DNA of 64,000 bases, from NCBI GenBank assembly GCA_964473825.1, contig CAYYQL010000010.1, forward strand, positions 1 to 64,000, read 5' to 3'. Source of the stretch: an uncultured archaeon. GTDB lineage: Archaea > Asgardarchaeota > Thorarchaeia > Thorarchaeales > Thorarchaeaceae. The position numbers and the translations under genes are program-made. The notes under the pieces were generated by a model that saw only the letters and a program-made list of their open reading frames with translations, did not search any database and was not told where the DNA came from. Below, piece after piece: positions 8,571 through 18,530 of this stretch. Position 1 is the stretch's first letter, and each line of letters starts with the position of its first letter.

Positions 8571-11500
8571 ATGTTGAAAGCACGAGGCGCGTCAAAACGA
8601 GTCGAGAGTCTGGCAAGAGCACGGTTCTTCTCCGGATTGCTCCCGACGGCTGCTATGGGCATTGCAGTAGGCCTTCTGGGCCTTGCACCCGCCCTCTGGG
8701 ATACGTCTGTCATGACCGGACTCTTTCGGTTGTCTGGCAAGTGGGTATCTGGAGCACATCTCATGAGGCCTATCATGCCGAGATACACGCTCCTAACGGC
8801 TCTGCTGTTTCTGTCAACCTTGATGTTTGAAAGCAGCTTTGAACTAGTTCTGGATTCTCTGGTCGCATTCCAGCAAGTTCTTGCATCTGTGGCGGTGGGA
8901 ACTGGATTCGTGTTCTTCCCATTCTACGTACACAGCAAGCATTCGATTCTGGCGGCTTCGAAGAACACCACAGAAAGGAGCATACTCCAACGAGTTGGCA
9001 AGGCACTTGCATCTCTCATCGGGCGAAGCAAGAAGGTATTTGGAGGTGTGGAGGTGACGCAGATACCCAGCACGTACATGACGGACGGTGACACAAGGGA
9101 GGAGGCGATCCATCGTGCCGAGATGTTCTATCAGATAATCAGGGCTGTGCGGATGAGCGGTATCCCATTCGGATTCATGTTGAAGCGGAGCATAGGGAAA
9201 CTCCGTCTCATCTATCTCACCTATGCTGAGGACACATCCGAACTACGAAACAGAGTCTGGAAGCTTCAGAACATACTGTCAAGTTCTCTCAAGGGGTTTA
9301 CTCTGACAACGCACAACGAGTTTGTCATTGAAGAGCAAAATCCACGAGATGCTGAGGTCACTGCCTACCTCGACGGTCCGCTTGCTCCCATCCAGGTCGG
9401 CCAAGAGGCGGCCGATGGACTGACCATTGCTATCGGATACCTCAGAAGCATTGGGGCAGGATCCATCCAAGTCTTGATTGAGCCAGCGCGTCCGTCACGG
9501 TGGAAACTCAATGGTCTGAAACGGGACTTTGAGTACGCGACAGGCCGCGCATCAAGGACGGTCTCGCATACGGGTGGCGGCATCCTTCGACAGAACAATC
9601 ACGAATCCGTTACCTTCACAGACATTGATGCATCCAACGAGGCGAGAGACCTGGCCATGCAGATAAGGCGCCAAGAGGCAACTGATGCCTGTAAGGCGTC
9701 GATCTCTGTGACATGTGAGGGATATACCCGTAGTGTTGCAGAGCAGTGTGCAAAGGATATACTGGCGGCAATCATGGGGCGCGTTCGACCCTCCTCTGAT
9801 CGCACTGGACTGTCAATCAAGACCAAGAAGAGTAACAACACTCTCAGGGCACTGACAAATGGCAGGCAACCTCCCAATTGGACCCTCATGGTTCCTGAGG
9901 AGATTGTTCCTGTTATGGTCATCCCACCCATTGATCTCGGCCTTGAGGTGGTCAATCGTGCACGATTCGTAACAGGCAAGACTCAGTCTGGCGAGCACCC
10001 ACCAGCGGAGACCCCGCGGCGCAGAAGCACACCCCCTCAACGGACAGGCAAGTTCAGTCTGGGCTCGGAGCTTGATGAGTCAGGGGCTAAGGTGGGACCC
10101 GTTCACTTCGCGCTTGAAGACATGGTTCGCCATGTGGAGGTATTCGGTGATACTGGGAGCGGTAAGACGTCCACTGTCAAGCGAATACTCAGTTCTGTTC
10201 ACGAGTCCAAGATACCGTTTCTTGTCTTGACCCCCACCCTAACTGATGACTATGTTTCTCTTGCCCGCGAGATCCCCTCATTGCGCTTCTTCACTCCCGG
10301 CGATGAGCGGACGGCTCCGCTACGGTTCAACCCTCATGAATTCTCGGAGGGAGTGTTGGTGAATACCATCCTAGCTGATGTCAAGGCGGCCTACATCGCC
10401 TCTGCACCAAGTATTGGAATCGTGAGGGAGTACACGGAGATGTGCATAGACAATAGTTTCGAACGATGTCAGTATGACCGTAATCACAACGCTCACGGAC
10501 ATGCCGTCCTTATGTCTGACCTCCTTGATTCCGTCGCTCACCTCGAACGTGATGTTCTTGAATACAGTGACAGGCAGAACCAAGACCTCATTGGTGCACT
10601 CCGGGGCAGATTCCGGTCGTTAATGAGTGGCCCACTCTACCGGGTATTCAACACGTTGACTGGCATGACTGTTGAGGAACTGGTCTCGGTTCCAACCGTC
10701 ATAGCATTGGATGGTCTAAGCGCAGATGAGCGGGCACTCTTTGCTTCACTCCTCGTCGTCAATGTGGCTCGGTACTTCCAGGCAAAAGCTCTGGAGATGA
10801 CAGCGGCGAAACCTCTGCGATTCCTGCTCGTATTGGAGGAGGCACATCACTTTCTTGTTCGAACTGGTGAGCGATCGGTGGATGAGGAGCACGCAGCCCG
10901 AAGCCATGCCATCCGTTCCATTGTGGAGGTACTGCGCGAGTCGCGTCGTAATGGTTTGGGGGTTGTGATCTTAGATCAACTTCCCTCCAGTCTTGACGAA
11001 CACGCCATGAGCCTTCCGGTCACCACCATCTTACATCGTCTGTCTACAGGTGTAGACCGGAGAACGATAGCGATGAAACTTGACCTCAACGAGGAGCAGC
11101 TGAAGATGGTCGGTTCTCTCCCTGTGGGACATGCTATTGCCAAGTTCGCAGGTGATGGGCAACCCATGTACATTTCGGTGCATCCTCCTCCAAAGAGAGC
11201 ACCCGTCGGGGCAGGGACGAAAACCAGTCTGAGAGACTGGGTACGAGAGCGCATGACGCAGGTCTACAAGGAGCACCCGGCAATCAGTGCAGGGCTCAGC
11301 AATCCCTTCGTGTTTCTTGAGGCCTCGGAATCCCCCACCGGTGCATCAGTCGAGATTGACCTCAGAGTAGCATGGAATGTAGTGGGTTTTGCTCGTTCCG
11401 ATTTTCTCGTAAACAACTACATGGCTTTCCTCAGAAGGGAGAAAATAATACTGTTGACCAAGCTAGCCGAACTGCTCTGGATTGTTCTTGAACGCATTAC

Positions 11501-12113
11501 CGGATCTTCACTCTCTGAGCCTCTTGTGAGCCTCTTCCTTCAGATACTGTGTCCTGATAGCATGGAGGAATCAGAGGCTGCACGGCACGAGATACTGGTG
11601 GAGAAGTTATGGGCTCATTTCGGACAAAGACAGCTCGACCTTCAAGAAAGGCTATACAAGGAACGAATCGCAGTTCTGCTTAAGGTTGTAGACGAGTACA
11701 GCCCGCATGTTGTGAGGCGGATATCCATTCCCTTCAAAGATATCCTCCAAGAAGAACTGGCACTTCTCAAGAAGAAATGGGATGCGTCTGAGGCAGCGGA
11801 GCAAAAAGAAGCCCCAATAGTTCAGCAGACTGAGCAAGACCTTGATGCCGAAACCCAACGGTTCTTCCTAGCTGCAATCGAAACGCATAGCTTTTCTTCG
11901 ATGTACTACGAGAGTCTAAGAGAGGCAGTAGATGGGGATCTTAGCAAGATAAGACGTATGCTGATTCGATTTGCTGAGAAATTTGGCCCTGAGGGCTGCA
12001 ATGCGCATCATGTCGCCGAGTGGTTGTTTGAGCGTGCTGTGGTGATTCTTGATGCTCCACAGGATGTGCTCATGCAGGAGTCCATCCGGCGAGCAATCCA
12101 AGGAACTGCTTGA
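8571..12113 (+). CDS. Membrane-anchored HerA/VirB4/FtsK-superfamily ATPase
   Basis: N-terminal TM helices; RHVEVFGDTGSGKT Walker A; LLVLEEAHHF Walker B; RESRRNGLGVVILDQ arginine-finger/Gln motif; FNP motif. Confidence 0.85.
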   Translation: MLKARGASKRVESLARARFFSGLLPTAAMGIAVGLLGLAPALWDTSVMTGLFRLSGKWVSGAHLMRPIMPRYTLLTALLFLSTLMFESSFELVLDSLVAFQQVLASVAVGTGFVFFPFYVHSKHSILAASKNTTERSILQRVGKALASLIGRSKKVFGGVEVTQIPSTYMTDGDTREEAIHRAEMFYQIIRAVRMSGIPFGFMLKRSIGKLRLIYLTYAEDTSELRNRVWKLQNILSSSLKGFTLTTHNEFVIEEQNPRDAEVTAYLDGPLAPIQVGQEAADGLTIAIGYLRSIGAGSIQVLIEPARPSRWKLNGLKRDFEYATGRASRTVSHTGGGILRQNNHESVTFTDIDASNEARDLAMQIRRQEATDACKASISVTCEGYTRSVAEQCAKDILAAIMGRVRPSSDRTGLSIKTKKSNNTLRALTNGRQPPNWTLMVPEEIVPVMVIPPIDLGLEVVNRARFVTGKTQSGEHPPAETPRRRSTPPQRTGKFSLGSELDESGAKVGPVHFALEDMVRHVEVFGDTGSGKTSTVKRILSSVHESKIPFLVLTPTLTDDYVSLAREIPSLRFFTPGDERTAPLRFNPHEFSEGVLVNTILADVKAAYIASAPSIGIVREYTEMCIDNSFERCQYDRNHNAHGHAVLMSDLLDSVAHLERDVLEYSDRQNQDLIGALRGRFRSLMSGPLYRVFNTLTGMTVEELVSVPTVIALDGLSADERALFASLLVVNVARYFQAKALEMTAAKPLRFLLVLEEAHHFLVRTGERSVDEEHAARSHAIRSIVEVLRESRRNGLGVVILDQLPSSLDEHAMSLPVTTILHRLSTGVDRRTIAMKLDLNEEQLKMVGSLPVGHAIAKFAGDGQPMYISVHPPPKRAPVGAGTKTSLRDWVRERMTQVYKEHPAISAGLSNPFVFLEASESPTGASVEIDLRVAWNVVGFARSDFLVNNYMAFLRREKIILLTKLAELLWIVLERITGSSLSEPLVSLFLQILCPDSMEESEAARHEILVEKLWAHFGQRQLDLQERLYKERIAVLLKVVDEYSPHVVRRISIPFKDILQEELALLKKKWDASEAAEQKEAPIVQQTEQDLDAETQRFFLAAIETHSFSSMYYESLREAVDGDLSKIRRMLIRFAEKFGPEGCNAHHVAEWLFERAVVILDAPQDVLMQESIRRAIQGTA

Positions 12114-15100
12114 TAGGGGTCGTGGCTGTGGTCGACAACCCCGGGCAGGGCAAGGAGTATCAGAAGGATGAGGCTAACGAAGAGTACTCTGATACTGAGG
12201 ATATACGGGAGGATCGGCTCGATGTTGAGAATCAGATGAGCGAGTTCAGAGGAGAAATCGAGGCCGAAGAAGAGCTTGAGTCACGGATAAGTGAATTCAG
12301 GGAGGAGCTGGAACGAGTCGATGTTGATGCGCGGGTCCGCGAGTTCAGGGAGGAACTGGAGCAAGAAGAGAATGTGGAGAATAGTGGCGAAGCCGAGGTG
12401 GATGATGTCGGTGACAACACTGACGGATCACCATCTGAGAGGGCCTCTCAGATAAAGGACACCTCCGAACAACTCCAGGAGCAGTACAGGTCAGAGTTGA
12501 AGGAAAAACTCGACTCAGACGAGGCCGAGGACCGGACTCATACCGAACCCGAAGAAACCCCCGAGCATTCAGACACTGATCAATCGGAGCGGAATGAAGA
12601 TCATTTGGAGGAGAATGCGGGGAGCCAGCAGGTCACAGTCACCATGGAGGTTGAGAGCACCGCAGATCCGGAGGAGGCTACTGAGAAGCGTTTGCAGACT
12701 GAGGATTCAGAGATTGTCACTGAGGAGAAGACAAGTGAAGAGTTCTCCGAAGAATCATCGAGCGAGGTATCTGAAGAAAGCGAGGGGGACGAAAGATCGA
12801 AAGAACGAGAGACCTCGGAGGAAGCACCGGAGAAGGCCGAGGAAGACGATATCAGAACCGTTGAGGAGGATATGGGGTCTAAGGAGAAGCAAACCCTGAC
12901 TCCTCAAGGCATGGAAGTTCCTGAGGGAATGGAGCCAGAGAAGAACTCGAGGGATGATACTGAGCAGGCAGAATCACTTGAACCTGATGTTGAGACTGAT
13001 GCAGTTGAATGCGAGAATACCACTGAGGAAAGGAGAGAGGCTCCCACTGAGAACACATCGGAGAGAGAGGATGCAGTCGACGAGGACGAGGGCGACAGGG
13101 GTAGAAGAAACACCCCCAATGAACACAATACTCGGTTCGAAGGACGCTCAAGGATGTTTCCTGACGGTGAGCCTGTGTGGTCGTCGATGTTCCCTGAAAC
13201 GCGAGAGGAGCGCCTCAGGAGGGTGCTTGAGGAGGAGTTTGACAGACTCTCCGAAGAGGAGAAGGAACAGATACGGGATGCAGCCAAGGATTCCATGAAG
13301 ACAGAAGACCTAGAGAAGCATGTCAATATGCACAGAGAGTCGATTGACGACGATTGCCAAGATGAGAAGATTCGGGATGCAGAGAATTTCATACGGGTGA
13401 GAGAGGCGCTTGAGAACCTGGAAGACCCCGACGGCCTTGGTGAGCTTTCCGAGGAGCTGGGGATCGACAGAGAGAATCTCGAGAAACTCGCAGACGATGC
13501 GAACGCACCCGAGCTTGTGAAGTACATCTGGAACTTGGAGGTGGAACGGCGCTGGGCAGAGATTCTCTTAGGTCAGCTTAACAGACTCTCTGCCAAATCT
13601 GACACAGGTGCGATGGAGAACCCTTTTGAGTCAGCTGAGGATCTCTCTTGGGACAAGCGTTGTATCATTGTCACCGAGCGGCAGTACGAGGAGTCCCTTG
13701 CACGGCATCAGCATCTCAGATTTCGACTGGAATTCGATGATAGAGATAATGACGTGCGCGTGTTCTTCAAACTGAAGAAGTCCCTGGAAGAGGGCGAGGT
13801 CAATCAAAAGGAATTCGCAGAGGAGCACAATGTAGCTGTGTGGAAGATACGTAGATGGGCAAGAGAAGAGGAAATCCCCAGTTTCCTGAGCGAACTCCAT
13901 CGACTGGAGCTTAAACGGTTGTACGTAGAGACCAATGGTGAGCCGCCTGAGGTCTGTATCGAGTCAACAGGCGATATACGGAAACTGGCGGCCAGACACG
14001 GGCGGGAAGAGAAAGTCGACTACGAGATGTGCGAGAAGTACTTCAGTGTACTAGCCGACCCGGAAACCCTGCAAAAGGACTTGGCACTGAAGTATGAGGT
14101 GTCCGATACTACAATCAGTCAGTGGCTGCGAGAAACGGAACCACGTGACATCTCCGACCTGCGGCGACGGGAGGAGGAGATAATTTTGGAAGAGTGGTAT
14201 CAGCGAAAAAGGCTGAAACTGCCCCTAGACGGAAGACTTGAGAACACCGAGCGGTGCATCCGCAGAATCAGTGAACGAGAGGTCCTCGAGTTCGAGCCGA
14301 ATCCCGATCGGATGAGCCTACTCCACATGTATCGTGACCAGTTCTTCTACTTCAAAGATATCAACTCACTAGCCTCGTTGCTGGCTGATGCCAAGGAAGC
14401 CCTAACAGGTGATAGAGGCGGCGATTTGAGAATTATTGTTGAGCGGCTTGAGCTGCTCATGGACAGGGTATTTGGTGAACACAAGGTTCCGCGAGTCAAC
14501 ATCACTAAGATGCGAATGCGTGCTGATCACCTCGAGTTTCTCTTGGGTGTGTCGGGTCAATCAATCCGGGACCTTGAGGGAAAGATATCCAAGATTACGA
14601 CAGAAAACGGGATGGGGGGTATCACCAATCCGAGGTTTCCTTCTCGTGAGGAGCTGCTGGTAATATGGGCTAGGATAATCGCGACCATAGTCTGTGATGG
14701 GAGTCTGAAGAAGACCGCTGCGGTAGCTTACCACGAGCCTGAAATCACGCGGATCGAGATCTTTGAACGGACCGTACAGAGGCTAGGCGCAGTCTTTCTC
14801 GACCCTCAGTGGCGGAAAGACCATAATTGCTACATCGCTCATCTTCCTACCGTGATTGGACGAGTACTGCAAGAGCTCGGTCTACCAACGGGGGACAAGA
14901 CGATCCACAATCCGGAGATAGACATCTCGCTCTTCATGGAGTCTTGGGAGGCTCTCTGCGCGATCATCGAAGACTCCATTCCACAGGATGGCACGGTGTT
15001 GCCGAGGGCGATATCCTGGACATTTTCGAATGCTCTAAATGCAGGGAACAAGAGCGAGGCTTACGACTTCGAGCCAATGCTCGACAAAGAGGAAGTAGCA

Positions 15101-15529
15101 TTCATCAAAAAGTTTGGAAAACTGCGGAGAAAATGCTGGAGTATAGAATGGGGCGAGCTCAAAAGACTTCGCGAATCAGATGACAGAAGGACTGCTCAGC
15201 TTGCAGTTGGCATTGCCAGAAAAATCAAGCAGAACCCAAACCGCCTAGTGATGACTATGGAAGAGATTGGTTCAAGACTAGGGGTGAAGATAGCACGGTC
15301 TCCCGGCACACTACGCCTCATGCGCAGGACTGACAGGGTGTCGATTTCGTGGTATGCACGCACGAAGACCATTGACGACATGATTAGGCTTGCACTCATT
15401 GCACCTCCCAATGACGTCAAGAAGAAGGAGCTTCTCAAAAGGTATCTGGGAAAGAGGGCCGAACGGGTGTCGAAGATAAAGGATAATCTGACTAGAGAAG
15501 GAGTTAAAATTCAAAACGAGGGAATATAA
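12110..15529 (+). CDS. Large protein: acidic disordered N-terminus, three HTH modules, C-terminal LAGLIDADG-like endonuclease domain
   Basis: E/D-rich first ~350 aa. HTHs LSEELGIDRE, FAEEHNVAVWKIRRW and LALKYEVSDTTISQW. IIATIVCDGSL and IIEDSIPQDGTV resemble paired LAGLIDADG motifs. Confidence 0.6.
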   Translation: MIGVVAVVDNPGQGKEYQKDEANEEYSDTEDIREDRLDVENQMSEFRGEIEAEEELESRISEFREELERVDVDARVREFREELEQEENVENSGEAEVDDVGDNTDGSPSERASQIKDTSEQLQEQYRSELKEKLDSDEAEDRTHTEPEETPEHSDTDQSERNEDHLEENAGSQQVTVTMEVESTADPEEATEKRLQTEDSEIVTEEKTSEEFSEESSSEVSEESEGDERSKERETSEEAPEKAEEDDIRTVEEDMGSKEKQTLTPQGMEVPEGMEPEKNSRDDTEQAESLEPDVETDAVECENTTEERREAPTENTSEREDAVDEDEGDRGRRNTPNEHNTRFEGRSRMFPDGEPVWSSMFPETREERLRRVLEEEFDRLSEEEKEQIRDAAKDSMKTEDLEKHVNMHRESIDDDCQDEKIRDAENFIRVREALENLEDPDGLGELSEELGIDRENLEKLADDANAPELVKYIWNLEVERRWAEILLGQLNRLSAKSDTGAMENPFESAEDLSWDKRCIIVTERQYEESLARHQHLRFRLEFDDRDNDVRVFFKLKKSLEEGEVNQKEFAEEHNVAVWKIRRWAREEEIPSFLSELHRLELKRLYVETNGEPPEVCIESTGDIRKLAARHGREEKVDYEMCEKYFSVLADPETLQKDLALKYEVSDTTISQWLRETEPRDISDLRRREEEIILEEWYQRKRLKLPLDGRLENTERCIRRISEREVLEFEPNPDRMSLLHMYRDQFFYFKDINSLASLLADAKEALTGDRGGDLRIIVERLELLMDRVFGEHKVPRVNITKMRMRADHLEFLLGVSGQSIRDLEGKISKITTENGMGGITNPRFPSREELLVIWARIIATIVCDGSLKKTAAVAYHEPEITRIEIFERTVQRLGAVFLDPQWRKDHNCYIAHLPTVIGRVLQELGLPTGDKTIHNPEIDISLFMESWEALCAIIEDSIPQDGTVLPRAISWTFSNALNAGNKSEAYDFEPMLDKEEVAFIKKFGKLRRKCWSIEWGELKRLRESDDRRTAQLAVGIARKIKQNPNRLVMTMEEIGSRLGVKIARSPGTLRLMRRTDRVSISWYARTKTIDDMIRLALIAPPNDVKKKELLKRYLGKRAERVSKIKDNLTREGVKIQNEGI

Positions 15530-15531
15530 CA

Positions 15532-16122
15532 ATGAGTAAGATGCTGGAAAAAGATGTCACAATTCTCATGGATTTGCTAGATACGTGTGACCAGACAGGG
15601 TTGCCTCTTGAGGACCTGGAAGAAGCTCTGGAGGACCGGATTGAATCTCACGACGACCTGAAAGAACCAGGTCTGGCAAATCAGGCAATCCGGCATGCCC
15701 TAGATAACTGGCTCATTGATAAGACCATTGACTATCGTCGCAACAAGAGCGGTGAAGAGGTTGGAGCACTCATCTGGTTCTGCCGAAAACTCACACAGGA
15801 CGAATCTGAGAAACTGAGGCGACTATCTGAAATCGAGAAAGAAACGATACGGATTCTGAGAGCACAGGAAACCGAGGAAGGGCTTGGAACGATGCGGGAG
15901 AGAGATCTTCTGGAGTATCTCAGAGCCAAAGGATTCGAAACGGACTTTGCTCCGTCGATTGAGGACTATGTATCGGATTATTTCAAAACGGAAGACGGTG
16001 AGAACGTCGAGTGGATCTATCTGGTTCCCCAGTTTGAGCTGACCGAGGAATACAAGCAAGGTATGAGAGAGCTTGATGAGATGTCTTTGCAGAAGGAGCT
16101 TAGGCGCGAGCGGGAAGGGTGA
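15532..16122 (+). CDS. Acidic tandem winged-helix-like protein, paralog 1
   Basis: Shares ALDNWLIDKTIDY and KGFET..PxFELTE motifs with 16239-16817 and 20450-20666. Confidence 0.75.
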   Translation: MSKMLEKDVTILMDLLDTCDQTGLPLEDLEEALEDRIESHDDLKEPGLANQAIRHALDNWLIDKTIDYRRNKSGEEVGALIWFCRKLTQDESEKLRRLSEIEKETIRILRAQETEEGLGTMRERDLLEYLRAKGFETDFAPSIEDYVSDYFKTEDGENVEWIYLVPQFELTEEYKQGMRELDEMSLQKELRREREG

Positions 16123-16238
16123 CTCAGCCCGTTGTTCAGGTCTCCATGCTTCATGCAGTAGGGTGTCCTCGCGGAAGGCACCGGAGTCACCATTCTGATG
16201 ATTCTATGGTGTTCAAATCCAAGGGAGAGGAATCAATC

Positions 16239-16817
16239 GTGAGAAGGATGTTTGATAGATTAATCTTGCTTCTTTTGGAGATACTGCGCGAGGCCGGACC
16301 TCAGGGACTGCCAGTTGAAGACGTAAGAGCCCTGCTTGAGAAGAGAATCGACTATCAAGATGCGGGTTCACCTGACCAAGTTATCGAGTATGCCTTAGAC
16401 AATTGGCTCATTGACAAGACAATCGATTATTGCCGTGACACCAGGGGCGTAGAGGTTGGAGAGTTGCGCTGGTTCTTGCGTGCACTCAGTGAAGAAGAGT
16501 CTGAGGAATTGAAGCAGTTGCCTGATATCAAGAAGCAAATCATAAGAATCCTTAGGCGTCAGGAGACCGAGCGGGGATTGGGGATGATAAGAGCCGAGGA
16601 GCTCTTGGAAAAACTGCGAAACAAAGGATTCGAAACTCAGTATGTCCCAATCGCTGATATTCGTGTTTCTGATGTCTTCAAGGCTGAAGAAGGCAAACTT
16701 GTGAAATGGATCCGCCTGATTCCCGAGTTCGAGCTCACTGAGGACTTCAAACAGACTATGAAAGAGCTTGAGGATATGTCACTAAGAAAGGACATCCGAC
16801 GCGAACGAACATATTGA
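16239..16817 (+). CDS. Acidic tandem winged-helix-like protein, paralog 2
   Basis: GTG start with upstream GGGAGAGG aligns with the paralog 1 N-terminus (MRRMFDRL vs MSKMLEKD). Confidence 0.75.
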   Translation: MRRMFDRLILLLLEILREAGPQGLPVEDVRALLEKRIDYQDAGSPDQVIEYALDNWLIDKTIDYCRDTRGVEVGELRWFLRALSEEESEELKQLPDIKKQIIRILRRQETERGLGMIRAEELLEKLRNKGFETQYVPIADIRVSDVFKAEEGKLVKWIRLIPEFELTEDFKQTMKELEDMSLRKDIRRERTY

Positions 16818-16901
16818 GTCATCCGGGCACACGCTGACCTCGTCTGTTCAACTCTAAGGGTTCCACTGAAAATCCCCGTCTTCTTCATGGACTCAGATAT
16901 A

Positions 16902-17297
16902 CTAGTAGCACTCTACTCTGACTCTTGGCACCCTCTTGAAATGCTCGTGGTTTCTCGTTAGAATCTCATAATCGCAGGCTCTTGCCGTTCCTGCAATCAT
17001 GATGTCTGGAATATCAATCATCTGGCCGGTGGTGTGTAGGTAGCCGTGGACCTGCCCAGATTCCACTGCACTTCTTTCATCGAATTCAACGATTCGCATC
17101 TTTGACAGCGCAGTTTCTACCTTCTTCTTTTCGTTCTTCATTTTCACTGCCTGAGAAACCCCTGCGTATAACTCGTACATTGTGATAGTCGATACAAGAA
17201 GGGAAATTCCCCCTCTCTTCAACTCCTCTAGCTTCTTATAGGCTGCTTTTTCCCCTTTCATCACATCAATGATGAAAGAGGTATCAGCTAGAATCAT
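16902..17297 (-). CDS. vapC: VapC/PIN-domain toxin
   Basis: ILADTSFIID, STITMYEL, DIMIAGTA and LTRNHEHF PIN motifs. Confidence 0.92.
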   Translation of the reverse strand: MILADTSFIIDVMKGEKAAYKKLEELKRGGISLLVSTITMYELYAGVSQAVKMKNEKKKVETALSKMRIVEFDERSAVESGQVHGYLHTTGQMIDIPDIMIAGTARACDYEILTRNHEHFKRVPRVRVECY

Positions 17298-17631
17298 CTG
17301 ATGTCTCCCAGAGTCTTTTCCTCATATCTTCCGAGAATCTCTCTCTCACTTCCCTCATAGCCTCGGTCAACTCGGCGCTTTCTTCTTCGCCCAATATGCC
17401 GAATATTGAAAATAAAGCATCGAGTGTCGGATTGCCGCCATAAATCAGGTATCGGCCTGTGACATCGACCTCAGAACCCTCTAATCTACATTCGATTTCA
17501 CTGATATGTATCCTAATCTCAACTACGAGAAACGGAGTGCTTTCGAATGAATCCTCCGGAACATACCACCCCGGTATTGCTGAATCCCTCTCGGTGGTTT
17601 CATCTGGTAATACTCGGCTACACAGAGTCAT
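17284..17631 (-). CDS. Putative antitoxin (VapB-like C-terminal helix)
   Basis: Overlaps vapC by 14 nt; FGILGEEESAELTEAMREVR resembles archaeal VapB C-termini. Confidence 0.5.
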   Translation of the reverse strand: MTLCSRVLPDETTERDSAIPGWYVPEDSFESTPFLVVEIRIHISEIECRLEGSEVDVTGRYLIYGGNPTLDALFSIFGILGEEESAELTEAMREVRERFSEDMRKRLWETSDDSS

Positions 17632-18013
17632 TTTCTTTTTCCTCGTCGTACAATTCCGTCTGCAATTTCCTTTCTATACCATCAATTTCCTTGACCTTCT
17701 CATGCAGAAACCGTGAGAGTTCTCTTACCGCGTTAAACGAGAGGTTCAAACCCACTATAAACTTTCGCTCTACGGTTCGTGGTCCATCTACAGGATCTTC
17801 TGGCCGTATCTCTCGCTGACCATCCTTATGCTCAATCATTACTTCATTCATGGAACGGAACTTCAGTTTGTCCTTGTAGAAGTACATCCTTAAGTGGTAT
17901 ATATTCTGGAGCCCTCCTCTTGCGCCTGTTACGTAATACTCACGAAAATCAGGGTCATAAGAATACTCAAACCTGACTAGTTCTTTGTCCATTTCCTCTT
18001 TCTCTTCGCTCAA
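17618..18013 (-). CDS. DUF3467-like protein
   Basis: PDFREYYVTGARGG...MYFY...VGLNLSFNAVREL pattern; overlaps the next gene by 14 nt. Confidence 0.55.
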   Translation of the reverse strand: MSEEKEEMDKELVRFEYSYDPDFREYYVTGARGGLQNIYHLRMYFYKDKLKFRSMNEVMIEHKDGQREIRPEDPVDGPRTVERKFIVGLNLSFNAVRELSRFLHEKVKEIDGIERKLQTELYDEEKENDSV

Positions 18014-18357
18014 TCTTCATTCCACCATGACCATCGTACCATATGGGAGTTTCTACTCTGTGCGGCCAAAGTCGATGCTCCTTTGTGCATAACGATACCC
18101 CCGGATCATATTAATTCCTATCGAAAGCACACCCGCAGACTAGGTCTGTCTCTAGATTAACCTTCTTCTCATCCAAGACCTCCCGATTCTTCACAGAATG
18201 GATTTCTGCAAATCGCCTGTACAGAGGGCTAGCTAGGGGGCGATCTGGTCAGTTGAGGGCGGTATATCCACAGAATATCCTAGGTTAGAAACGGTGTCAC
18301 CGCAGTTGAAGCTTATGAAGGGGTTGCTTGCTAATAACACTGAGGCCAAGTCGCGAC

Positions 18358-18381
18358 TTCAAATCGGGGCGATTCAGCAAT
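18358..18381 (+). repeat. Degenerate copy of the tRNA-Arg 3' end (relict att site)
   Basis: ttcaaatcggggcgattcagcaat vs ttcgaatcggggcggtcccgccat (8206-8229): 19/24 identical; intergenic. Confidence 0.55.
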
Positions 18382-18530
18382 TTATACCTCACCGCACCTT
18401 GCAGCATAGGATGCCTAAGAGTTGCACCGATCTGCAATGAAAAATGGCAGGAAGACTGATTCAACTTAGGACTCGATAAGTCCGCCACCCATCCCACACA
18501 AATAAAGAAATCCGCAAATCTCAGTTCTAA

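Noticed and set aside
14640-15529. Intein or group I intron around the LAGLIDADG motifs
   Set aside because: No N-terminal Cys/Ser splice block, no HN-C/S/T end and no interrupted host gene were seen.
16208-16225. GTTCAAATCC T-loop-like motif as a further att site
   Set aside because: The match is only about 9 nt, with no acceptor-strand similarity; compatible with chance.
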